From: Octopus sinensis | Taxonomy: Eukaryota | Assembly: GCF_006345805.1 (NCBI RefSeq) | Contig: NC_043012.1 | Span: 2,294,001-2,358,000, forward strand | Reading direction: 5' to 3' | DNA length: 64,000 nucleotides | Shown here: positions 1 through 13,915 of the stretch, one piece after another | How the letters are laid out: each line of letters opens with the position of its first letter | How positions within the stretch are numbered: the stretch's first letter is position 1 | The notes under the pieces: model-generated | The model's database searches: none | Seen by the model: the letters and a program-made list of their open reading frames with translations, nothing else | Told to the model about the DNA's origin: nothing | Program-made: the position numbers and the translations under genes

Positions 1-154
<154 letters not shown>

Positions 155-270
155 AGTAAGCACATGATTGCAAAACAAAGTGGAAAAAATATAAAACCAT
201 GCAACTGTCTGACGAATGAGAATGTGAAACTAACAGTTTTCTGATAATTTTGCCGTTTTAATAAAAGTAT
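155..270 (+). mobile_element. Penelope-pLTR-like fragment with hammerhead core (helix III collapsed); same family as 30738-30930
   Basis: aactgt(203-208)-CTGACGA(209-215)-atgagaatgt-GAAA(226-229)-c-TA-acagtt(233-238). Bases 155-189 resemble the reverse complement of the 30890-30926 tail. Flanked by microsatellites. Confidence 0.6.
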
Positions 271-442
271 ATATATATATCGATAGAATGAGTACTAGGC
301 TTAAAAAAGAATAAGTCCTGGGGTCTACTTGCTCGACTAAAGGCGGTGCTACAGCATGGATGCAGTCAAATGACTGAAACAAGTAAAAGAGTAAACAAAT
401 ATATATATATATATGTATGTATATATATATATATATATATAT

Positions 443-678
443 ATGTAATAATTAAAATATATGCATACATACAAACATATATGTACGTACCTACATCTAC
501 ATGTATATATATACATGCATATATAAATAAATATATACATGTAGATGTAGGTACGTACATATATGTTTGTATGTATGCATATATTTTAATTATTACATTA
601 TTGTCTGACAGCACCTCGCGTCGGGTTCGTTTTCGATTCGTCGGTTCGTTCCATCTCTTGTCCTCCATTTTAATTCTT
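443..678. mobile_element. (TA)n-embedded foldback element: perfect 68-bp inverted repeat plus about 80-bp unique tail
   Basis: 443-510 is the exact reverse complement of 531-598; CpG-rich tail 599-678; TA tracts on both sides. Confidence 0.65.
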
Positions 679-1228
679 ATATATATATATATATATATAT
701 ATATTTCTTTCTTTCTCTGGCTTGTTGCTTCATCTCTCTGAAAGATACTGGATGCTGTCAAAATTGGCTAGTACTTTAAACATTGTCAGGTTGACCTATC
801 TAAATGTAGTCAGCCTTCCTTTTCCAATCAGGCTTCCTCATCATCACCACTACAACACACACACACACCAGATGAACAACAGCCACAACAGCAGCCTTTG
901 TAGTTTATTTCTTCTTTCTATATTCCAAAACCTTTCCAACATAATACGGTATTTTACATCATTGTTGGCAGCAGCATCATCTCAATATTATCAGTTTTTC
1001 TCCAAACTAGATATGCTGCATGACGTATTTATGAGAGCTGTATGACTTTAGACATTTATCATATTCTACTGAGACTTGTGGCAATTATGTTTTAAGTATT
1101 CTTCTCTCTTAATTCTATGCAATAGACTTACATATCATCATAACACTATTTCAATATCTTTTATCTTTCACTTGTGTTAGTCCTTGGACTGTGGACATGC
1201 TGAGAGCACTGCCTTGAAGTGTTTGGTA

Positions 1229-1934
1229 CAGGGGTTCTCAATCATTTTTTTTTTATCTATGGACCCCTTTGATTACTATTTAATTCTAGTAGACTCACAT
1301 AACCATTCCATGTTTAAAAACTAGTTTTATAGAAACTACTTTCAAAATTCCTATTTTGTTTTTCACACATTGTGGTGGCATGCAATAAGTACCATTCATG
1401 CGTGGGTTGTTGCTAGTGTCACCTGACTGACTCCCTGTGCTGGTGGCACGTAAAAAGCACCATCCAAACGTAATCGGTGCCCCCCCTCCCCCCGACTGGC
1501 TCCTTTACCGGTAGCCTATAAAAAGCACCATCCAAACATGGCCAATGCCAGTGCCACCTGATTGGCTTCCTTGCCGGTGGCACGTAAAATGCACCCACTA
1601 CACTCTTGGAGTGGTTGGCATTAAGAAGGGCATCCAGCTGTAGAAACATTGCCAGATCAGATTGGAGCCTGGTGCGGCCTCCTGACTTTCGAGTCCCCAG
1701 TCAATCTGTCTAACCCGTGCTAGCATGGAAAACGGTCATTAAACAATGATGATGATGATTTGATTGTGTAGGTTGAACTATGTTAGAGAAAGAAACCTGT
1801 TTTTTGCAATACATACTAATACATAGATCTAAAGAAATTTTTTTTTTTTAGGGGCTCTTAAAATACTATTCTGTATCCCCATTTTAGTATTTTGTTGTTT
1901 GGACCCCCAAAATCTTAAATGAACCCTCAGGTTG
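1229..1934. mobile_element. hAT-like MITE interrupted by a SINE
   Basis: Starts CAGGGGTTCTCAA, subterminal ggaccccc repeats, ends gaaccctcaggttg (right TIR truncated); SINE inserted at about 1373-1758. Confidence 0.5.
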
Positions 1935-2801
1935 TATCTGACCCAAATATTCCATCTGTACTGTGTTCAAACTGACCAGATTTGGCTTCATCCATTGGCC
2001 CTACTTTGTCGTTCTACAAATAAACAATCACGCTATTGAAATCTTGAAGTTATGAGATATGGCCGGTTTTAATGCTAAAGGGTTAGAATAGCTTTGACAA
2101 TACTATGCTGGTGTTTGGAACATAAATTAACATGAAATTCAGATGGAAGGTTTTAATTTAGATCACTTTAAAATGTGAAGTTTGTATCATAGGATCAAAG
2201 GCACTTTCAAGTAAGTTCGATATCTAAAGGGTTAAACGTGAACTGGTATAAAAATTTGAAAAAAGTGTGAAAAAGAAAAGATAATGTTAAGCAGGAATAA
2301 ACCATGTGGTGCAAAAAAGTTGGCCTTTCCTGATTGCAAAAAAAAAAAAAAATAGTTATTAAGTTCATTTACCAATTGTACCAAAAAAATTATTTTTCCT
2401 CTTTTCATCTCGGAAAATGCTTTTTCTTTCTTTCTTTCTTTTCTTTTTTTTTTCTTTGTTAATCTTTGCTAAGTAAAACACTTTTTAGCATGGTAGGATA
2501 TCCTGACTGTAAAATGAGAATAAAATTTGCAGTGCAAAATAGTTTTCAGTTGTGTAAATAATTAGAAACTGGAATATTTTCTTTGCTGGGTTATTATCTG
2601 TCGCTCCTTGAAAGTGAAAGTGTTTGCCTTATCCAAAAGTAAAGGTGAAAGTGTTTTCTTTCTCCTCAAAAGTGTTTAAATAGAAAATGAAATTATCAAG
2701 TGTTTTGTAAAGAAAATGAAATTACGTTGGGATGAAAGCACTCAATAATGATACTAAAGTAAATAGTGAAGAGTAGAACATACTGGCCAAGTACTGTAAA
2801 A

Positions 2802-3074
2802 CAGTGCTACTCAAAATGGTGGACCGTTGACCAGTACTGGTACATGGAGAGTTTCCAGAAAAGAAAGAAACATTATGAAATGCTTATGTAATATTGTGTT
2901 ATTTGTTTACAAAATAAATATAAGGTTAAAAAAAAAGTATCAACTTTTATTATATTCATTATATATATATTGTTTCTGGTATAAATTAATATTACTAAGA
3001 AATATTACTGGTCCCTGGCACATTGGAAAAAAGAATCTGCTGGTATGCCCCATCAGATAGTTTGAGAAATACTG
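2802..3074. mobile_element. hAT-like MITE
   Basis: CAGTGCTACTCAAA ... TTTGAGAAATACTG imperfect TIRs; flanking 8-mers ctgtaaaa / ttgtacag match at 5 of 8 positions. Confidence 0.5.
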
Positions 3075-3790
3075 TTGTACAGCGTTCGATGTGATGAATG
3101 CATACTGATTCACAGCCACCTTGCAGTGACCTTGGCTGCCTCCACAACTAATCTGATAGCCTGCAAACCCTTTGCATTCAACCTGAGTGCAAAAGTGGCT
3201 GAGCATTTCACAGACACATGTACTGGCTCTCTGTAGTCTTGAGTTCAAATCCTGCCGAAGCCAACTTCACCTTTCATCCTTTTGGGGTCACTAGGCTGGC
3301 AGAATTGTTAAAACATTGGTTGAAATGCCTTGCTGTGTCTGTTCCAGCTCTTTGCATTCTACCTGCAACTCCTGTGGTCACAGTGGTGCCAAGGTGTATA
3401 AGCGTTTACCAACATCAGTGGCATGCAAAAGGGAAACTTGCATGCAGCAACTTCAAATTTCCAATAAACTGATTTGCCCAGGCTGGTGACCTGATGATGA
3501 CCTTTCCAGGGGCAAATTCATGGTCTTTGGAAGACACAGAAACTTTCATTTGTGTTAGTATGTTTATAAAAAAAATATATATATATAAAATTATAATTTA
3601 GGGTATCTAAGAGATACCACTACGCTGGAAATAGCAGACAAAACTTGACTCTAAAACCACATTAAATGTTCATACAATACCAGGAGAGAAGACAAAGAGA
3701 CAAAATAAACTAGCAAAAAGAATTACTGGATAATTCCAGATCCCGGATTTCTGGCTCTGCATAAGAAATGCTCTGCCTTCATCTTATCCT

Positions 3791-3845
<55 letters not shown>

Positions 3846-4551
3846 GCTGTATGTATACAGATCATTGTTGTTATGTTAAACTGTTGTATGTCCAAATTTG
3901 GCCAAATGCATTGTTTTCAATATTTATTTTTGCTTGCAATAGTTGGTTCTTTTGGTCAAACTGTGGTATCTCCAGCTGCTCCAGATACCAAGAAATCAAA
4001 AACTGTCAGTGTTGAACAACAGTTTTGCTACGGGATAGTGAAACTATTTTTTTGTTTTCTGGAAAAGCATTGTTTTGGACTTACGACACTTTTGCATAAT
4101 AGCAATGATACACACACACATATATATATATATGAACGAGTAGACAGACAAAAGACAGTGGAACCCAACACATTTGGTAGGAGTTATATGATTCGATAAC
4201 AGTTTCATTCAGCTTCATGGACTTACGCTTGTAGAAGGAATCCATCTTTTCTGGCATCTAGAGTAGAGTCACTCTTGTAGATGCTTGACAAGATAGGTTT
4301 GTTGTTTAAGCCTCAGCCTAGCGCTGAGTCAAACTATGACACACGGGCACACACACATATACACATACACACACACATGTGAACATACACTCACACCAAA
4401 AGCTTAGACAGATTGACATGCTGAAAAAATTGTCAGGAAGTAGGGGTTACATCTTAAGTTAACAAAAAAAAGTAAATGTTAAATTTTTGTGGTGGGAAGT
4501 ACAAGTGTGCCCGTGAGTGTGTATAATATATATATATGCATACACATGTGC

Positions 4552-4583
<32 letters not shown>

Positions 4584-4619
4584 AAGTATATATACACATT
4601 TTGCCCCATTCATACATTT

Positions 4620-4652
<33 letters not shown>

Positions 4653-4835
4653 ATAAATATATACACATACATTTTGTCCTATTCATTCATTTTATATGTG
4701 TGTGTGTTATTTTTCTTTATAAACTTTCTTTTCTCAGTGACTGACTCGCGTTATTCTGTTATCGAAAATCAGTTACATAAAAAAATGTCACTCTCTGAAA
4801 CTCCGAGTAGAAACAGTATTCCCAGCACATATGCG

Positions 4836-4874
<39 letters not shown>

Positions 4875-5770
4875 GCATGCACGCATACACAATTTATGGC
4901 CTGCCAGATGGAATGGGAGAATTTCGTCATTGTTATTTATATGCAGAGGAAGAAAAGCTTGTTTCTAAAATGATGACAGTGGCAGAGGTGGTATCAGCAG
5001 TGGTTGAGTGGTTGTGATGGTTGGTGTGTGTGTGTTTGTGTGTGGGTGTGTGTGCAGTGGGGTGTTGGGTGGAGTACCTGGTAGGTATTATTGATACCTA
5101 GATTTAAGTTTCAAGGTTGTGATCCGATTCTCCATTCCTTCCCTTTCCTTTCTTTACATCCTTTCTCCTTTTCCTCTTTGGGTGTCTTTTTTTTTTCACT
5201 TTTGGTTTTCTTCATAAATTTATTGTGGTAGTGATGATGATGATGTTATTGCTGATGGTGGATGTCAAAATTGTGGGTGATTAACTATGGTAATGAGAGA
5301 TTTACTATAAACGAGGTTAAATGATACATGTTCACAAACACTCACGCACACGCACACATACAGAAGCACATGTATACAGTAATACACAAACATGAACACG
5401 CACACATACATGTATGCATGCACTTACGCATGCACGCACACAGAGCAAATAAATATCCTCGCTTGGAAACTTTTGATTCTGTTACTGTAGTAACTCTGGG
5501 GATATTCTAAGCCAAAGGAAACCTGACCATCAGTGAGCTGTCTCGATCACCACCGCCGCCGCCATCATGTCTCAACTACTGCATCTCTACCGTCTGCTCC
5601 TTTCTTTCCCACCTCACTTCTCTGCGAAAGGATATCTCTTTCTTAACTCCGGTATCAGCTAATAGGATCTGTGATGCGTGTTCTTAATGTACAAAACTAC
5701 TGGCTGTGATGACAAAGCAAGACTACTAGGGCGTCTAGGGTGGCAATAGCAATGGGATGAAGTAAGCTAG

Positions 5771-5807
<37 letters not shown>

Positions 5808-6573
5808 AAGTCTTTCTCTTTGCACAAAGAATGCAGATTTTATTAAGAAAGAAATTGAGCTTGGGGATAGTTTGTTTTACAAGGAAAGGAACCCCCAAAA
5901 ATTTTTTTAAATGGAAAGAACAATGAAATGAAATAACGGCTAAGTAAAATTAATAAGGAGCCCCAACTCTGTTTCTTAGGTAGCACACCATCTGCATAGC
6001 TCACATACACATAATTTTTAAGGATATTATTAATCTACTTAAAAATTTGTGGCATTAAAATTTACTTATCTTAGGTGTCGAGAGTTAATATTTTCATTGT
6101 AAGTCTGCTGTTCTCTTAATGAAGAACCTTGAACATTTTTGATGAGTAATTAGGAAAATATATAATCACCTAATTAAAATTCTTTATTTGGAGTCAGATG
6201 TGGAAATCGTTATAAAAATGAAAAATTAAGTTATACCTGCTCTTTTTCTTAGTTTTTTTTTAGTTTTTTTTTTTATAAGTCCTACCCTGTTCAGATTTGA
6301 TTAGTCAAAAGACACATGCCAGCTCTTGAATCACTAACTACTCCCCATGTTTTTTTTAGTGAAGTTGTAATATTAAATATTACCCTGGGAATGGTTAAAA
6401 AAAGAAATCTACTTATTATTAAAGTGGCAAGCTGGCAGAATCATTAGCATGCTGGATAGAAATGCTTAGTAGCATTTCTTTTGGCTTTATGTTCTGGGTT
6501 CAAATCTGACTGAGACTGACTTTCTCTTTCATCTGAGAACAATGCCAGCAGCAGCAGCTGACCATTGAAAACC

Positions 6574-6706
6574 GGCTGTGTGGTAAGTAGCTTGCTAACC
6601 AACCACATGGTTCTGGGTTCAGTCCCACTGCGTGTCATCTTGGGCAAGTGTCTTCTGCTATATGTGAGTGGATTTGGTAGACGGAAACTGAAAGAAGCCT
6701 GTCGTA

Positions 6707-6757
<51 letters not shown>

Positions 6758-6970
6758 TTGTGTGTCTCTATTTGTTCCCCTAGCATTGCTTGACAACCGA
6801 TGCTGGTGTGTTTACGTCCCCATCACTTAGCGGTTCGACAAAAAGAGACCGATAGAATAAGTACTGGGCTTACAAAAAGAATAAGTCCCGGGGTCGAGTT
6901 GCTCGACTAAAGGCGGTGCTCCAGCATGGCTGCAGTCAAATGACTGAAACAAGTAAAAGAGTAAAAGAGA
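6574..6970 (+). mobile_element. tRNA-derived SINE family 1
   Basis: Same head, body and tail as 57512-57910 with a short internal deletion. Confidence 0.85.
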
Positions 6971-8074
6971 CAGTGCCGGCTACAGTGGTTTGGTCACATC
7001 TGCAGGGTGAGCACTGAAAGACTACCACACCAACTTTTGTGATGACAGTGACACACACACACTGGAGAATCCAGTGCAGCACACCAAAAGAAGACTTAGT
7101 TGAAACAAATTGAAGAAGAAGAAGTTGCAGTTCTTTGACATCAAGCGTACCAAGGCCAGCGCCATGGATTAGAAAGTGGAATAACATCATCACCAGAGGA
7201 CAGCTTTCCTTTTCAGTCGCCAGCTAGGGATTTCACATGCTAAGTATTAGCTGAGTATGGGGGTCAATGTAATTGACTTAACTCCCACCCCCAAAATTGC
7301 TGGCCTTGTGCCAAAATTTAAAACCACTATTATTATTATTATTGGTGGTGAATTGGCAGAAACATTAGAGCATTGAATGAAATGCTTTGCAGTTTGGTCT
7401 TTACATCCTGTGTTCAAATCCTTCCTTTGCCTTTCATTTCTCGCGGGTGGGGAGTCGTCAATAAAATAAAATACCAGGCAAGAACTGGTAAACCCTTGTC
7501 TTCAAAATTGCTGTCCTTGTATATAAATCAGGATCTATTATTATTTGAGAGTGGTGAGCTGTCAGGATCATTAGAGTGTTGGGGAAAAGTGCTTAGTGGT
7601 ATTTCTTTCAGCACTTTAAGTACTGAATTCAAGTCCTGTCATATGCCAGACTTGCCACTTTGCCATTTCATCTTTCAAGGTACAAAAATTAAAAAAATAA
7701 AGTGCCACTCATATCTTGAGGTTAATGTGATTGACTAACACCCTTTCCTCAAACATTACTGGTCTGGTACCTAAATTAGAACAGTTCTTATTAATTAGAT
7801 CAGGAAGTGTTAGACTAAATACTTTGCTTATACATTCTGGTTCAGATCCCACTTCGCATTGCTTTTCATTATTCTGAGTTCAATAGAATACTAGTAACTG
7901 TGATTGGTTTAATTCAGTACTTCATTTCAAATTTATTGCTTTCTTACCTGCGAGTGGAGAGGACAGTTGGAGGCTGAGCTAACTGCTTCAACGCTAGATA
8001 CTGTTTAACAACTCTGTATCAAAACCTGTTTTATACTTTTTAACTTTATTTTTGTTTTCTTTCTATTTATCTGC

Positions 8075-8577
8075 TTGCAAAGACCTGTTGAGGCTAGTGA
8101 AATCGAAATCAAATTCGATGACTGGCATCCGTGCTAGTGGTGTGCTAATAGCACCATCCAAGCGTGATCATTGCCAAAGCAGCTAACTGGTTTCTGTGCC
8201 GGTGGCATGTAAAAAGCACCATTCGAGCGTGATCGTTACCATCGTCGCCTTACTGGTATTTGTGCCGGTGGCACGTGAAAAGAACATTCGAGTGAGGTTG
8301 TTGCCAATGCTGCTGGACTAGCACCCGTGCAGGTGGCACGTAAAAAACACCATCTGAGCGTGCTGTTGCCAGTACCGCCGGACTGGCCCTCGTGCCAGTG
8401 GCACGTAAAAGCACCCACTACACTCTCGGAGTGGTTGGCATTAGGAAGGGCATCCAGCTGTAGAAACTCTGCCAGATCAAGATTGGAGCCTGGTGCAACC
8501 ATCTGGTTCACCAGTCCTCAGTCAAATCGTCCAACCCATGCTAGCATGGAAAGCAGACGTTAAATGATGATGATGAT
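8075..8577 (+). mobile_element. (GAT)n-tailed SINE-like element with internal about 60-bp tandem units
   Basis: Repeated gtgccggtggcacgtaaaaagcaccat units, then cactctcggagtggttggcattaggaagggcatccagctgtagaa..aacccatgctagcatggaaa..(GAT)n. Relatives at about 1373-1758, 31098-31672(-), 38100-38265, 50395-50525, 58394-58664(-), 61121-61575. Confidence 0.78.
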
Positions 8578-9809
8578 ATGTGTATCTTTGTGAGATTTTC
8601 TACCTAAGGTTTAACCTATGTCATTAATCACATTATTTGTAAAGAAGGTAATAATTTGATGAAAATTTTAAAAATCTGTTTATGTGCAAGCATGGTTGGG
8701 CAGACGGCTACTATAGCCCCAGACTGACTAAAGCCTTTTAAGTGGATTTAGCAAACGGGTACTAAAAGAAACCCATCATGTGTGTGTGTATGTGCGTTGG
8801 GCCCCACAGAGGCAATGATCTAGACCAATGCCTTGTGAGTGAATCTGGTAGATGGAAACTGTGTGGAATCTTGTGTGTGTTTGTATTTGTTTCACCACCT
8901 GACTGCTGGTGTTGGTTTATTTAGTCCCCCACTGCCATAACATAACAGTTCGGCGAGAGGGCTCAATAGACTAAGTACCATACTTTAAAGAAAAAAATAT
9001 ATAAATACTGGGGTCAGTTTGTTCAACTAAACACTTTAAGGCAATGCCCTACCATGGCTGCAGTCCAATGACTGAAGCATGTAAAAGATAAAAAAGAAAT
9101 ATATTATATGTGTTGAATAATTATTTTGTAAACTGAGCATTGCTCAGAATACCAAGATATGATGTCTACTCTTGTGTGTAAGTAATGTTTATGGGGTGGG
9201 ACTGGATGGTGACAGATGATTATGATGCATAGGAGAGCTATGGGAAACATTAAACAGAATAGAAGACCGTAGTAGGTTATACCTCTCACATGAGTCAGCA
9301 AGGTAGTTCTGTGTAATTGCTCACTCTGCGAGAGGCAGCTGCCAAATTTCTTCCAAATCGCTTTGTATCATTTTTGAATGAAAATGTAGGGAACCTTGAA
9401 TAAATGCTTTGTCCTAGATACATTACTTGAAAAAAAAGAAGGGAGGATTATGGTTGGAAATGTTGTGATCATAAGTCTGGTTGGTTTGACCCAAGACCAA
9501 ACAACACAGAATTGATATGCATACACACACACACACACATATAGTAGAATAATAAAGAGAAAGTTCTTGGTACAATATTATATATATTTGAAAGAATGAG
9601 TAGAGATGGCATTTTTAAAGGGATAATTTTTTTATATTAATCTTAATTATAATGTTTACAGTGAGTAACTCACTGTAAACATTAAGATTAAAATAAAAAT
9701 TATCCCTTCAAAAAAGCCATCTCGACTCATTCTTTCAAATACACACACACACATAAACATATACATACAGGTATATTGATGCAAACAGAACTCAAAATAT
9801 GAGTATATT

Positions 9810-9847
<38 letters not shown>

Positions 9848-9965
9848 CAAATAAGAAGACAAAGAAAGACTTAAACACATCTTTAATGACTGGTTACAAT
9901 TGTTTCTGTACCAACTCTGCTTTCAACCCTAACCCTTTCTGCTCCCCCAGGACCTCACACACACA

Positions 9966-10008
<43 letters not shown>

Positions 10009-10017
<9 letters not shown>

Positions 10018-10193
10018 CAGTGTACATTTAAACACATAAGATGTATCCATCATAGGACTACCTGCATGCTAGAGAGGACAGTTAAATTCCAAACCACTAT
10101 TAGGGATAAAATATGATGGATACCTCTTATGTGTTTAAATGTACACTGTATTTATATGAATAATAGTCTATTGTTCAGATTACCCTTTGATAT

Positions 10194-10195
<2 letters not shown>
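10009..10195. mobile_element. (TA)n-embedded foldback element: about 46-bp inverted repeat plus tail
   Basis: 10009-10054 pairs with 10112-10157 (one mismatch); tail to about 10195; TA tracts on both sides. Confidence 0.62.
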
Positions 10196-10229
<34 letters not shown>

Positions 10230-10730
10230 TAATGTGTGTGTGTAAGGTCAATGCTAATCTTAAAGGCATATCCAGCATTCGATACCACAATCAGTATACA
10301 ACATAAATTAATGCCAATTATTCTGATAGAAAAGCAATTATGTTAGTGCAACAGCACTTAATGCTAATTAGTATGGTACTTCACAGTTATGAGTTTAAAT
10401 CCCAAGTTAATAAAATAAATATTAAGATTAAAAAAAAAAAATCATGTTTCCTTAAGGTGGAGCAGTGGCAGAGGAGGGGATAAAATTCTGTGTGGCATTT
10501 AATTATGCATGTTTACATTCTGAATTGCAATTTTTCTGTGGCCTGACATTACCTTTCACCCTTCTGGGTTAATAAAATAAGCAGCTGTAACATTACTGAT
10601 GTTGATTAAAGTGACTACATCCTCCCATAAATATTTTTAGCCTTGAATTAAGAAATGGGAAATTATTTGGCAGTGGGTAGCAGAATTGATCAATAAAGGA
10701 AAATGTGCAGTGTTATGCTTGTTGCAAACC

Positions 10731-11104
10731 ATTACCTCCACTTTAGCAAAGGTGGAGGTATTGTTTTTAGTCATGTTTGTTTGTTTGTCTGTGGACAAGA
10801 TATCTCAAGAACTGCTGAATGGATTCAGATGAAACTTTCAGGGATGTTTGGCCCCGTGACTAGCATGAACTGATTAGATTTTGGGATCAATTGAGTACCG
10901 GAAAAGGATTCTGGTTTATTTTTCTGTTTTTTTTTTTTTTACTTAATTTTTGAGAGGAGTTGGGTTCATTTTTAATATTCTCGTTTGTGAGAGCAGTCGA
11001 GTTTTATTTCAGATATTCTCATTTTAAAAATTATCTCCAGCTAATCGTTAAGAGGATGTTAGTGTTGTCTTGGCAGAGGTTTGCGCTCTCTGAATGCTTT
11101 TGTT
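10731..11104 (+). mobile_element. DINE-1/Helentron-associated (HINE-like) non-autonomous element
   Basis: 5' attacctccacttt..aaaggtggaggta hairpin, (GTTT)n/GTCT microsatellite, 3' subterminal ggcagaggt complementary to the 5' acctcc motif, terminal stem-loop gcgctctctgaatgc, then T-rich end. Confidence 0.7.
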
Positions 11105-11501
11105 ATTATTACTTTGTGAAGCAGGTGAGTTGGCAGACTCATTAGCATGCCAGACAAATTACTTTGTGGCATTTGTTCCAGCTTTATATTCTGAGTTCAA
11201 ATTCTGACAAGGTAAACTTTGTCTTTCTTTGCCTTTAATCCTTTTGGGATCAGTAAAAGAAGGACCAGCTGAGTACTGGGACTGATGTAATCAACTGGCC
11301 CCTAAACCCAGAATTTCAGGCTTTGTGCCTATAGTAGAAACCATTATTGTTATCTTGTGAAGATGGTAGAGAAAAGGGCCAAGTTTCCTCCCTGCCTGCC
11401 ATGCTGTTTGGTCTTGCTCTTTTCTGTTCTGAATTCAAATCCTCTCCAGGGTCAATAAAATAAGTGTAATAGCCGTATTTTGAGCTGGAATAAATCAACT
11501 A

Positions 11502-11776
11502 CAGTAATGCCTCACTTTACAAGGACTCACTTTACAAGACCCCGGGTTTACTAATTTTATTTTATGATGAATATAAAAAGGTTAAACAGCCAATTTGTGT
11601 GTATGGTAACGTCGCAACGTGTGGCACCACTGTTTCTGGTGCATCTACACAGTAACAGACTAAAATGATGGCATAAAGTTTCATTGCTACTATGGGAAAT
11701 AATTGCTCTGCTTTCAAGTTTTTACTTTACAAGCGATCTCCAGGATTGAATTAACCTGTATATTGAGGAATTGCTG
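11502..11776. mobile_element. Tigger/pogo-type (Tc1-mariner) MITE
   Basis: TA-CAGTAATGCCTCA...TGAGGAATTGCTG-TA: imperfect TIRs with TA duplication. Confidence 0.6.
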
Positions 11777-13915
11777 TATACGTTTTCTTCCGCTGCTAAT
11801 TGTGGTGACCTCATAACAGTGTCAGAAGCAATTATCACTCACTATTGTTGTTTTTGTATCTCTGAAGTAGGTATCCCTTGCTAACTTCCTGCTTGGTACA
11901 GTGACTAGCGATGTAACACTAGTTGGGGGAGTAGGTTCAAATGGAGGGTGGGAAGGATGAAAATAGCTTGAGGAGAACCCTAGGAATCCAGTGATGTGTA
12001 GTATTGGTGCAGGTAATGTGGGATTTAACTGTTTAGCATTCAAATTATTCTTTTAAATGTAAAGCTTTTCATTCACATTGTTTTGAATTAATCATGCATT
12101 ATCTTGTGGCTTTGAGATCTCTGTGATGTGATTATATACTTTTAGAATGATACTGTAGGGTAGGTGTGAAAGGCTGGATCTGGTCAGTATCAACATAAAA
12201 CCAATAGAATATTTGGGTCTGATATGGCTAGTTTAAACGCTAAAGGATTAAAACTACTAATACTCTTTCAAAGCTTTCAGCTGATGAGCTCTAACTATGT
12301 CGAGAGTGAGGCATTGCTGTCTTGACAAAACATGCGTTCTTTTGTATTGCGTTACTTCTTGGTGAAACTGGGTCTTTTTCCTGCTTCATTTTCAGCCTAA
12401 TACAAATATCTCTTCTTAGCCAACTTGCCCCTTTTAATTTCTCTCGCTAGCACCAGATTGATCCTTTAGCATTTAAACTGGCCATATCTGGCCCAAATAT
12501 TCTATTTGTTTTATGCTCAAACCAGCCAGATCTGGTCTCTCACACTTACCCTACAATGGCATTCTAAAAATAATTACATCATCAAAATCTCGAAGCTACA
12601 AGATAATATATGATTAATTCAAAGTGGAAGTAATCTGAATGTTAAATGGTTAAATTGAAGCTTAGTTCAGATGCTGGGCTTCCATATAAGATCCTACTAG
12701 CAGAAGTCTTACTCTGAAACTGGTCACCCGATTAAACCTCCAAGCATCTGAATAATTGGGGCATGCCCCAGCAACCACCATAGTGAGTATATTTGGGAAT
12801 GTGACCTCATAGAAGATCAAGAGGCCACTTATGGAAACACTTCTCATAATGAAGGACTGCATATAATGTTTGGTGTAAACAGAGTTCTTGTATGGAATAC
12901 AGTGCAGATGTTGGAAAGGTGAGTGGCTGCTGGAGTTTTAGATATATTATCCAATATTACATACCTATGCAAGAGCAGACATCTCGGTTGGATGAACTGT
13001 TTAATGCTCAGCTCACAGAATATCTGTTTAACAGATGAGATAAAAATATATCTTCCATCTTACAGATAATTCCTTGCCAAAATCATTCTTCAACATCGTA
13101 GAACGGATACAATAAGGATTTCTCATGGAAGCACAATTTCTTGGATTTATAGGAGAGGTAATGTGGGGTGAAGTGAAATTGGCAAGAAAATCAAGTTGAT
13201 AAAAACTGCTGCAAGCTTTTCACATATCTAGTCTCTAATACTTGGCATATTGCAGGTTTCTTTAGCTGTTCAACAACTTTTATAATTATCATTATCATCA
13301 CCATCATCACTATTGTGTAATCAGAATCATGTCTTGCTTGAATTTTTTGAAGATAATTACTGTTTATTATAGTAGGAGTAGAAAAGACAGTGAGAGGATA
13401 CAGCCTGCTAAATGACTAATCTGAACAGTTTTTGTTAGGGTTTATCAATCAAATGGATGTCAAACATGTTATTTTTAATTTATCCTTATTGATTCTTGAA
13501 TGACGAGCATTAAGCTGACCTTCATAGTTTTGTTCATTCAGAACTGTTAATCCTGCTAGACAGTTCATCAAGTTGTCATTAAGTCTTAACTAACAAGCTG
13601 TGTTTTGACAGGTTGTTGGCAACTGGATGTGACAACAGTGTGAAAACAAACCAAAAAACCTAGGCTATATAGATGTTAAGAATAACAAGTTTAGCATTTC
13701 ATGATTCCAAGCTTTTTAATCAAGTCCAAATTAGTTTGTGGAATCAATACAATAAATACAGAATAAAATCTTGAGATTTGGACAATTGACTTGCTTAAAA
13801 AATGGATTCTTTTCACACTAAAATAAGTAGTTTTATAAATTGTGATTGTCACTATGGTGCTGTAATAAGTTGTATATATTTATTTTCATAATATATTTGG
13901 TGATTAGTAACATTA

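Noticed and set aside
346-761. Overlapping 131-aa ORFs on both strands
   Set aside because: Products of (TA)n runs (YIYI) and a perfect palindrome; no protein-like features.
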